Shown piece after piece: positions 19,269 to 27,025 of a DNA stretch of 64,000 nt. The stretch covers positions 501,453-565,452 of the forward strand of contig JAKLGJ010000002.1 of the NCBI GenBank assembly GCA_022710715.1, in the 5' to 3' direction. A program made the position numbers and the translations under genes. Position 1 is the stretch's first letter. Every line of letters begins with the position of its first letter. Origin of the DNA: Candidatus Omnitrophota bacterium (GTDB taxonomy: Bacteria > Omnitrophota > Gorgyraeia > Gygaellales > Profunditerraquicolaceae). The notes under the pieces are model-generated. The model was not told the origin of the DNA, searched no databases, and worked only from the letters and a program-made list of their open reading frames with translations.

Positions 19269-20349
19269 TATGAAAAAAAGTCCGGTCTATACCGTTTCAG
19301 TCAACGAATCAGACAGCCAGGAGGACGTCGCCGGCAAGTTAGAACGTCTTCTGCAGGCGGGTCGCCTGTTGCAGTGGGTCGCGCCCGGGGACCGGACTGC
19401 GGTGAAAATGCATTTCGGAGAGCAGGGCAATACCGGTTTTGTCCGGCCGGCATATATCCGGGTAATCTGTGAAGCGATCGGCCGGCAGCAGGGAGTACCG
19501 TTCCTTGCCGATACCAACACGCTCTATAAAGGCCGGCGGACCACGTCCGCGGAGCATCTCAAGCTTGCGGCTGAACACGGTTTCGTCCCCGCGCAGGTAG
19601 CGGCAGAAGTGATCATTCCCGACGATACCCGAAAGGAAGAGGTGCGGGAAGTGCCGGTGAACGGCGCGTATGTCAAAACCGCGAAAATTGCCGCTGTGTT
19701 CCGGGAAGCGGACGGGCTGGTCGATGTGGCGCATTTCAAGGGGCACCTGATGACAGGTTTCGGCGGTGTGCTCAAGAACGCGGGCATGGGCTGCGCCACC
19801 CGCGAGGGAAAGCTTTTTCAGCACTCGGATGTGGCGCCGTTCGTGATCACGCGCAAATGCACCGGTTGCTCATCCTGTTCGGGGGTGTGCCCGGTTCAGG
19901 CGATCGTTCTGCGCGAGGGTAAAGCTGCGGTCGATCCCGCCCGGTGCATCGGTTGCGCGAGTTGCATTGCCGCCTGCGCGTATGCGGCCATCGATGTTAA
20001 ATGGGAATCCGGCGGCAACGTCATGCAGGAAAAAATGGCCGAATACGCCTGGGCCGTGCTGCAGAATAAAAAAGGAAAATCGGTTTTCATCAATTTCGCC
20101 CTCAAGATAACCCGGGAGTGCGATTGTCTGGCCAAGGACGATCCCCGCGTCGTCGCTGACATCGGGATATTCGCTTCGTTCGACCCGGTGGCCTGCGACA
20201 AGGCCTGTTTTGACGCGGTGTGCGCCAGAGCGGGGAAGGATATTTTCCGCGAATTGCATCCTCAACGAGACGGTATGAAACAACTGCGCCATGCCGCGGC
20301 TATGGGGCTGGGGGCGCTGGACTATGAACTGATCAGGGCGGGTGAGTAA
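19269..20349 (+). CDS. cytoplasmic DUF362 domain + 2x[4Fe-4S] ferredoxin fusion (COG2768-like)
   Basis: DUF362-like N-region; CTGCSSCSGVCP and CIGCASCIAACA ferredoxin motifs. Confidence 0.65.
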
Positions 20350-20363
20350 CGAGAAAGGCAGCA

Positions 20364-20978
20364 ATGGGATCATTCAAGCACGCAGTGTGTTATACCATCG
20401 GGCATTCCAATCATACCCGTGAGCGCTTTCTGGCTCTGGTGCAGGCATACGGGATTTCGTCGGTAGTTGATGTGCGCAGCCAGCCGCACAGCGCTTTTGT
20501 GCCCCACTTCAACAAACCGGCGATCGAAGAGTTCCTGGTGGCCGCCGGCATAGGGTATACGTATATGGGTTCGCGTCTGGGCGGCCGCTATACGGACCCG
20601 GCAGTACTCTTTCCGGACGGCAGGGTTAATTTCGCCCTGGTCCGGCAAAGCCGCAGGTTTTTAGACGGGATGACCGAGTTGATCGAATGTCTCCGGCGGG
20701 AAACGCGCGTAGCGTTACTGTGCGCCGAGAAAGATCCGTTTGATTGCCATCGCTTTGTCCTGCTCGGACGCAGTCTGGAAGAGCGGTGTTTCACCGTGAC
20801 GCACATCATTGATGAAGAGAACGTCGTTACCAATAAACAGCTGGAAGAAAAGCTGCTTAAAGCGTACGAAAAAAGGAATTACCAGTATTCATTCCTGGAG
20901 CCGGCGAAAACGCCGCAAGAACTGCTTGCCGAGGCGTATGAATTAAGGAATAAAGATATAATCGCCGCCAGAAGATAG
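20364..20978 (+). CDS. DUF488-family protein
   Basis: TIGHSNHTRERF.. motif typical of DUF488. Confidence 0.6.
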   Translation: MGSFKHAVCYTIGHSNHTRERFLALVQAYGISSVVDVRSQPHSAFVPHFNKPAIEEFLVAAGIGYTYMGSRLGGRYTDPAVLFPDGRVNFALVRQSRRFLDGMTELIECLRRETRVALLCAEKDPFDCHRFVLLGRSLEERCFTVTHIIDEENVVTNKQLEEKLLKAYEKRNYQYSFLEPAKTPQELLAEAYELRNKDIIAARR

Positions 20979-21001
20979 CGGTCTAACCATCGAGGTGACG
21001 T

Positions 21002-21403
21002 ATGCGCAGAAGAATAGGCGTTGGGCTGGTGACCATCTGTGTGGCGGTGTCCGTGCTGCTGGGCGCGACGTATGACCGTAATGAAGAGGCTGTCCCGAGG
21101 GCGCCGCGGGAATTTTCCGGCAAGATCGTTGCATTCGGCGATACATTCGTTTCGGTACAGCGGGAAACTTCGCGTACCGCCGCCGTACGCCATCGCTTCA
21201 AGATCATCAAAGAGACGATTATCACCGGAACGCTGTCAGTCGGTGCGCAGGTCAGGGTGCTTTACAAAGTGGTGCGGTTTTCCCGTAAGAAGAGCGTGCG
21301 CAGGGCATTGCTGATCGAAGTTATCCCTGAAGTCAAACCGCAGGATGCCGAAGCCGAAGCGCTTCCTCCTTCAGCGATCGAAGAGAATGATGAGGAATAC
21401 TAA
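21002..21403 (+). CDS. hypothetical secreted/membrane-anchored protein
   Basis: 133 aa; N-terminal hydrophobic segment; acidic C-tail. Confidence 0.4.
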   Translation: MRRRIGVGLVTICVAVSVLLGATYDRNEEAVPRAPREFSGKIVAFGDTFVSVQRETSRTAAVRHRFKIIKETIITGTLSVGAQVRVLYKVVRFSRKKSVRRALLIEVIPEVKPQDAEAEALPPSAIEENDEEY

Positions 21404-21411
21404 CCGGGGGA

Positions 21412-21909
21412 GTGCTTCGCATGCAGGCAGGCTGGTATAGCAGGATTGCGATCGCGTGCATGCTCCTGGGGGCAGCCTGTCCGCCGGCGCGTGCCGCCGC
21501 TGCCCAGACAGGCAGGCTGGAGCAGGCCAGGGAATTCGTGGTCGCGTCGGCTTTAAAAACAGCGGCAAAAGGTTTTATTGCTACCGGCGGGCTGGCCAAG
21601 GTCAAAGCGAAAATAGAAACGCTGGATGACAGAGCGTTTGCCCGCGACTATGCCCAGACCTATGCATATCTGAAGGATTACCCGGCGCTGGTGAAGCAGG
21701 AATCGTTGCGTCCGAACATGTCTCGGAAAGAAGTGCTGCGGATCATAGGGACGTGGGATAATGCGAAAGTGTTCAGGATGATCGATGGTTTACCTAACCA
21801 TACCGTAGCCGCGCATTTCCAGCATTACGTCGGGGTAACGACGGATGAAGTGGATTCCATAGACGTACGCCGGGCAGCGCGGGATATTTTTGAACGGTTG
21901 AGCAAATAG
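21412..21909 (+). CDS. hypothetical secreted protein
   Basis: 165 aa; signal-peptide-like N-terminus. Confidence 0.4.
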   Translation: MLRMQAGWYSRIAIACMLLGAACPPARAAAAQTGRLEQAREFVVASALKTAAKGFIATGGLAKVKAKIETLDDRAFARDYAQTYAYLKDYPALVKQESLRPNMSRKEVLRIIGTWDNAKVFRMIDGLPNHTVAAHFQHYVGVTTDEVDSIDVRRAARDIFERLSK

Positions 21910-21917
21910 GGGGTTGC

Positions 21918-22331
21918 ATGATCAGGAAAGCCAGTCTCGGGAAAGAGATCATTGTCAATGTGGTGAATAAGATCGGGATACTCTCGGATATCGCGGTTAT
22001 CCTGGCCGATCACGGGATCAATATCGAAGGCATCGCCGGTTACGCCAAGGAGATCAACAAAGAAGCGGAGATCCTGCTGGTGACCAGCGATAATCAGCGT
22101 GCGGCCGACGCATTGCGCAAGAAAGGTTACGGGATCCCGGGTGAGCGTGAAATCGTCATACTGGAGCTGGAAAATAAAACCGGGGTACTCAAGAATGTCG
22201 TCCTGCGGCTGGCTGACGTGGAAGTGGATATCCGGCATATTTACGGCAGCTGTTGTTCTCAAGGCTGTCCGGCAAAAGTATTTGTTTATACCAGCAATAA
22301 CGAGAAGGCCATCGTGGCTTTCAATAAATAG
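21918..22331 (+). CDS. ACT-domain protein
   Basis: two ACT-like beta-alpha-beta-beta-alpha-beta units (VVNKIGILSDIAVILADHGINIEGI). Confidence 0.6.
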   Translation: MIRKASLGKEIIVNVVNKIGILSDIAVILADHGINIEGIAGYAKEINKEAEILLVTSDNQRAADALRKKGYGIPGEREIVILELENKTGVLKNVVLRLADVEVDIRHIYGSCCSQGCPAKVFVYTSNNEKAIVAFNK

Positions 22332-22359
22332 CACCTGTGTTTGTGCGAAAGGAGACGGG

Positions 22360-22818
22360 ATGAACAAGACAATGGTTACAGTGGTGAGCGTGAGTTTGCT
22401 GGTTTCCGCCGCGGGTTGCCAGAGTTCGCCTAACCGCGCCGGCGAAGGGGCGTTGATCGGCGGGTTGATCGGCGCAGGAGCCGGAGCGATTATCGGACAT
22501 CAGAGCGGCGAGCGGGATAAAGGGGCATTGATCGGAGGGGTCACCGGCGCGCTGGCCGGAACGCTGGTCGGCAGCCAGGTGCAGAAGCAGCCCGCCGGAG
22601 GACAACAGGCTGCAGGGGCCCAGGGGCAATCGTCCAATCCCAATCAAATGAGCGTCCCGCAGATCATCGATATGACCCGGCAAGGCGTGCATGAAGACGT
22701 GATCGTGGACAGGATCCGCTTGAGTAATTCGCGGTTCGTGCTTTCTGCCGAAGACGTGGCTTACCTGCAGCAGAACGGGGTGAGCCAGAAAGTCATAGCC
22801 GCCATGCAGGGTTATTGA
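22360..22818 (+). CDS. lipoprotein with glycine-zipper (YMGG/17-kDa-antigen-like) domain
   Basis: AGGAGACGGG RBS; lipobox-like SAAGC; GALIGGLIGAGAGAIIG repeats. Confidence 0.6.
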   Translation: MNKTMVTVVSVSLLVSAAGCQSSPNRAGEGALIGGLIGAGAGAIIGHQSGERDKGALIGGVTGALAGTLVGSQVQKQPAGGQQAAGAQGQSSNPNQMSVPQIIDMTRQGVHEDVIVDRIRLSNSRFVLSAEDVAYLQQNGVSQKVIAAMQGY

Positions 22819-22833
22819 TAAACGGCTGACAGA

Positions 22834-23256
22834 ATGGCTGAATTCGGGGTCGGATTAGATAAAGAAAAAGCGCTGACGGATAAGATGCTCGAGCTGGGTG
22901 TGCGCAGCGGGGACATCCAGGAGCATTTTGTGCGCTCCAGCGGTCCGGGCGGACAGAACGTCAACAAAACGTCCACCTGCGTATATCTCAAACATATCCC
23001 CACCGGTATAGAAGTCAAATGTCAGCAGGAGCGTTCGCAGGCGTTAAACCGGTATCGCGGGCGCCAGTTATTGCTGCAGAAGATCGAAACGCTGATCCTG
23101 GGAAAACGCTCGGCCGAACAGCAGCGTATCGAGAAGATCCGCAGGCAGAAGCGCCGCAGATCCAGAAGGGCGAAGCTGAAAATGCTCGAGGCGAAACGCC
23201 GGCATTCCGAGAAGAAATTGTTGCGCTCTTCCGGTCGGCAGTTATCCGATATCTGA
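22834..23256 (+). CDS. arfB: alternative ribosome-rescue factor ArfB (GGQ-motif peptidyl-tRNA hydrolase)
   Basis: SGPGGQNVNK motif; basic C-terminal tail; 140 aa. Confidence 0.9.
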   Translation: MAEFGVGLDKEKALTDKMLELGVRSGDIQEHFVRSSGPGGQNVNKTSTCVYLKHIPTGIEVKCQQERSQALNRYRGRQLLLQKIETLILGKRSAEQQRIEKIRRQKRRRSRRAKLKMLEAKRRHSEKKLLRSSGRQLSDI

Positions 23257-23456
23257 GCTGAAAGCGTTTTCAAAAAAAAACGTTTTACCCCTTGAAACGC
23301 TGCGGTTATGAGTGTATCTTTATGGTGGAACCATAAGGTTTAGTAACGAGCGCATCATGAGTATGGGCCACGGAGAGGAAATGACCGATAACATTTTCCC
23401 AACCGTGGCTTTTTTATTGGCAGCGTTGCGCCGCGGGATCAGAAAAGGGGGCACCG

Positions 23457-23804
23457 ATGGCTGTCTGGAACTTTGTGGAGCGAAGGAAGTTCGTGCGGTA
23501 CGAGGTGAAATTCCCTTTACGCAACCTTGACCTCTACGCGAAGGTCAGCAAATTCTGCGCGACTAACGATATCAGCGCCAAAGGCATCGGCTGCATCTCT
23601 TCCGACGAAATGGCGGTGGGAACCCGCCTGCAGCTATCCCTGGATACGCCGGACAGCTCGGAACATGTCCTGATCAACGGTACGGTGGTCTGGTCGGTTC
23701 AGGTCGGTCCGAACCGGTATCGCGCGGGAATCGCGCTGGAAGACGGCAGTAACATCAAAGCCGTGCCGCTGGTATTGAAAGCGATCCAGACGCGGTATTA
23801 TTGA
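23457..23804 (+). CDS. PilZ-domain protein (c-di-GMP receptor type)
   Basis: RRKFVR ... DISAKGIG motifs. Confidence 0.7.
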   Translation: MAVWNFVERRKFVRYEVKFPLRNLDLYAKVSKFCATNDISAKGIGCISSDEMAVGTRLQLSLDTPDSSEHVLINGTVVWSVQVGPNRYRAGIALEDGSNIKAVPLVLKAIQTRYY

Positions 23805-23846
23805 TACGCGTTTGCCGCTGCGCAGCCAAGAAAGAGGCACATACAA

Positions 23847-24233
23847 GTGATTCTGGAAAGAGGTTCCGACCGCCGGCGTTTTCAGAGGTTAAAGCTGCAC
23901 ATGAGCGTGTATTTCCGCGTCGACGCGCCCATCTATGCCCGGGTATGGTTCGGCGACCAGGAAATGGAAGCGGACATGGTCGACATCAGCGAACAGGGCA
24001 TGGGTATTCGTACCCGCCACGATATCCCGTTATTAACCACGCTGCGTATCCGTTTTTCTCTTTTTAAATTGAACCGGCAGGGCGCGGTCGATTTCTCCGC
24101 TCCGTTTGAGATGGAAGGGGAGGTGCGTTCGAACATCTCCGGCGACGAGAAGGACCGCCGCTTAGGTATTTGTTTTATTCATCAGCAGGAGAGATTGGCT
24201 GCGGCAATCGGAGATTTTGCCAGCGCCGCGTAG
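23847..24233 (+). CDS. PilZ-domain protein, second tandem copy
   Basis: AAGAGG RBS, GTG start; DRRRFQR ... DISEQGMGI motifs. Confidence 0.65.
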   Translation: MILERGSDRRRFQRLKLHMSVYFRVDAPIYARVWFGDQEMEADMVDISEQGMGIRTRHDIPLLTTLRIRFSLFKLNRQGAVDFSAPFEMEGEVRSNISGDEKDRRLGICFIHQQERLAAAIGDFASAA

Positions 24234-24247
24234 CAGCCCGCGCATAA

Positions 24248-24871
24248 TTACGCGCGGAAAGCATAGAGAGCAAAGCCCGCCCCGAACACCAGCAACAGAG
24301 CTGCGCAAACCCCCAGGATCATTTTGTAGACAGACAAAGAGATACACCGGCGGCTTTTGCTGATCGAAAAGGAAACAAAACTATACCAGCCGAGATCCGC
24401 CAGTATGTGCCCGCAGAAGAACACCGCGATTCCCGTCCAGCCGGCTTTCTGTGCGCCGAGCACCAGGCCGGCCCCGATGCTTAACCACCACACCGCCCAG
24501 TAAGGATTCAACAGACTCAAGGTGATGCCCATCCAGGCCAGATTGTTAGCTCCGGCAGAGGTTTCCAGCGCCGCCAGCGATACCGTTTTCAGGGAAAAAA
24601 GCAACCGCACGCCGAAGTACGCCAGCATCGCTGCGCCGGAAAATGATATGATTTTCAGCACGAGAGGCTGGTTCAGTATCCGGGCCAGGCCCAGCGCGAT
24701 GCAGGCGACCATGAACAACTCCACCAGCGCATGGCCCAGGGTGACCAGCGGTCCGGTTTTCGCGCCGCTGCGCGCGCTTTCGGCGATCACCGCGGTCAAC
24801 AGCGGCCCCGGCGCCAGCGCGCCGGACAAAGCGATAGTGAAAGAAAGCAAAAACAGCGATAAATAATGCAT
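24248..24871 (-). CDS. LysE/RhtB-family amino-acid exporter
   Basis: 207 aa, 6 TM; N-terminal LysE-type motif (ALAPGP). Confidence 0.7.
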   Translation of the reverse strand: MHYLSLFLLSFTIALSGALAPGPLLTAVIAESARSGAKTGPLVTLGHALVELFMVACIALGLARILNQPLVLKIISFSGAAMLAYFGVRLLFSLKTVSLAALETSAGANNLAWMGITLSLLNPYWAVWWLSIGAGLVLGAQKAGWTGIAVFFCGHILADLGWYSFVSFSISKSRRCISLSVYKMILGVCAALLLVFGAGFALYAFRA

Positions 24872-24927
24872 AGGGGTATTCTACAACAATTTTTCCCAAA
24901 CGGCAAAGAGTCTGTTATAATAAGGCC

Positions 24928-26151
24928 ATGGAACGGGTTAAACGCATCTTGATTATCTCGAGCGATAAGACGTTGCGCGACGTGCTGATGTTCTGTTTCG
25001 ACGGCTGGGGATATGAAGTGTTCCTGCAGGACGTCCCGGGGAACGACGTTAATCAGATCAAACGGATTTCTCCGGACGTGATCGTGGTTGACGTGCAAAC
25101 CGCGCGCAAGCCGCAGCTGGAGATCTGCCAGTTGCTCAAAGACGATTTTCTCACCGCGTTCATCCCCATCATTACCATTATCAATAAACGGCAGCTGCGC
25201 CAGCAATTGCTCGACATCCGCCAGGGCGTCGACGATTATCTGATCAAGCCGCCGGATCCGCTGGATCTGCGCATCCGCATCGAAATGGCTTTGAAGCGCT
25301 CCCAGTACAGCTATCACACCAACACGCTCACCGGGTTGCCCGGCGCGCGGATCATCGAAGAATGCGTCCGGGACAAGATCCACCAGGGTAAGCCGTTTTC
25401 CTTCGGTTACGTCGACATCGACAATTTTAAATTCTTCAACGACGCCTACGGGTATCACAAAGGCGATAAAGCGATCATGCAGGTCGCCTATATGCTTTAC
25501 ACGGTGATCAAAGAAGCCGGCAACCCGGAGGATTTTATCGGGCATATCGGCGGCGACGATTTTGTTTTTGTCACCACGCCGGAGAAATACGCGGCGATCT
25601 GCCGCAGCTTCATCGAGCAGTTCGACACGCTTATGCCGTTTCATTATTCGGCGGAAGATCGTGATCAGGGATTCGTGATGGCCCGGGACCGCACGCATAA
25701 GGTGCGCAAGCTTCCGTTGATGAGTTTATCCATTGCCGTGGTCAACTGCAGCGAGTCCCAGCCGTTCAAGAGCCTGGTAGAGGTCAGCGACAGAGTGGCG
25801 GAGATCAAGGGATATTTGAAAGCCCAGCCGGGCAGCAAATTCATGGCGGATCGCAGAAGCGGCGATGCCGTTAACGGCGCAGAGCCGCAATCTGCCGGTC
25901 CGGCGCCTGCGGAAAAGCGCTCCCGGACGCATAGGCCGCTGGGACAGATTCTTATCGAGCGCAAATGTATTACTGTCGAGCAGCTGGACGAGGCGTTGCG
26001 CGTCAACTGGCATCGCGGGGTAGCCCTGGGCGAGATACTCAAGGAATGCGGATATATCAAAGATCCGGATCTGCAAAGCGCTCTGGAAGCGCAAAAAGCA
26101 CTTTCTGCGCCGGGTGGCGAAATCGTCCCGCGGCCGCAGATGCTTAATTAA
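24928..26151 (+). CDS. REC + GGDEF-like (GGDDF variant) + C-terminal tandem MshEN-like motif protein
   Basis: REC domain; GGDEF fold with HIGGDDF in place of GGDEF/GGEEF; C-terminal LGQILIERKCITVEQLDEAL and LGEILKECGYIKDPDLQSAL repeats. Confidence 0.75.
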   Translation: MERVKRILIISSDKTLRDVLMFCFDGWGYEVFLQDVPGNDVNQIKRISPDVIVVDVQTARKPQLEICQLLKDDFLTAFIPIITIINKRQLRQQLLDIRQGVDDYLIKPPDPLDLRIRIEMALKRSQYSYHTNTLTGLPGARIIEECVRDKIHQGKPFSFGYVDIDNFKFFNDAYGYHKGDKAIMQVAYMLYTVIKEAGNPEDFIGHIGGDDFVFVTTPEKYAAICRSFIEQFDTLMPFHYSAEDRDQGFVMARDRTHKVRKLPLMSLSIAVVNCSESQPFKSLVEVSDRVAEIKGYLKAQPGSKFMADRRSGDAVNGAEPQSAGPAPAEKRSRTHRPLGQILIERKCITVEQLDEALRVNWHRGVALGEILKECGYIKDPDLQSALEAQKALSAPGGEIVPRPQMLN

Positions 26152-26160
26152 AGGAAGATA

Positions 26161-26334
26161 TGGCTAAAAAATGCAGTAAATGCGGTGTTCCTCTGGAAGG
26201 ATTCGGGTATACCTGGATCGCTTCGAAATTATTCGGCGTCAGCCCTTCGCAGAAAGATCCGCAGTTATGCAACAAATGCGACGGCGAAAAACCAAAAGAA
26301 AAGCGCGGTTGCTGCGCTTGCGGCGGAAAATAGT
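26161..26334 (+). CDS. small Cys-rich zinc-ribbon protein (57 aa)
   Basis: AAGGAAG RBS; CSKCG..CNKCDG..CCACGG. Confidence 0.45.
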
Positions 26335-26336
26335 CT

Positions 26337-26819
26337 ATGTGCCCGAGCAATCTGTTGCATCTACTGGCGATACCGGCGGTGTTTATCGCCGTGATCCATT
26401 CCTATAAGCGGCAGCGGGACAATGCCGGGGCCAACGCGCGCATACTTTCCGGATTGCTGCAGGCGCCGGCCGAGATAAACGGTTTTTGGAACATCAATTT
26501 TACCCTGGAGGGGCTTTACCGCAATCGCAAGGTCGGTTACGCTTACGTCCTTTCTTCCCACGCGCGCAGCCCCTATTGCAGCCTTTTCATCGAACCGCGA
26601 TTCTCCGCGCAGAATCAAAAAACGCCGGTTTTTCAGTGGAGCTATCCCCGTCCGACCCGCAATACGGTATTGAGGGGCGGGAAAATTCACTATTCCCGGG
26701 AAGATATTGTTGAGGGTTTTGTCTGGGGCGGTCTGGCGGTTATGGATAAGTTTGAAGCGCAGAAGGTTCTTGAAGAATTGAGCCAGGCCGCGGAAATAGT
26801 GGAAAAAAAGCAGCAATAG
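26337..26819 (+). CDS. hypothetical membrane-anchored protein
   Basis: 160 aa; N-terminal TM. Confidence 0.4.
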   Translation: MCPSNLLHLLAIPAVFIAVIHSYKRQRDNAGANARILSGLLQAPAEINGFWNINFTLEGLYRNRKVGYAYVLSSHARSPYCSLFIEPRFSAQNQKTPVFQWSYPRPTRNTVLRGGKIHYSREDIVEGFVWGGLAVMDKFEAQKVLEELSQAAEIVEKKQQ

Positions 26820-26821
26820 AC

Positions 26822-26850
26822 TTGACAATTTCTGCAGCCTATGCTATACT
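26822..26850 (+). promoter_or_regulatory. sigma70-type promoter TTGACA-17-TATACT
   Basis: ttgaca 26822-26827, 17-nt spacer, tatact 26845-26850; in an AT-rich gap upstream of giant gene A. Confidence 0.55.
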
Positions 26851-26917
26851 TTGACAAATAAGCATAAGACCTTTGTTTTGAGAAGGTTTTGCGTCTGAAC
26901 TAAATCAAGAATAACGC

Positions 26918-26967
26918 CACGGTTCTTGATAAGAGCAGGTTCTTATCAACGGATCGTGGTTTTTTTA
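26918..26967 (+). promoter_or_regulatory. terminator/attenuator-like hairpin + T7 within the 5' leader of giant gene A
   Basis: ccacg / ttgataag paired with cttatcaa / cgtgg, then ttttttt; located between the predicted promoter and the RBS. Confidence 0.4.
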
Positions 26968-27025
26968 TTGGCATGTAAAATACTTTAGTAAAGATTTAAT
27001 GAATTAACCAATAAAGGAGAGGCAG

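Noticed and set aside
23312-23530. 72-aa ORF between arfB and the first PilZ gene
   Set aside because: It overlaps the PilZ start in another frame, has no RBS and no recognisable features
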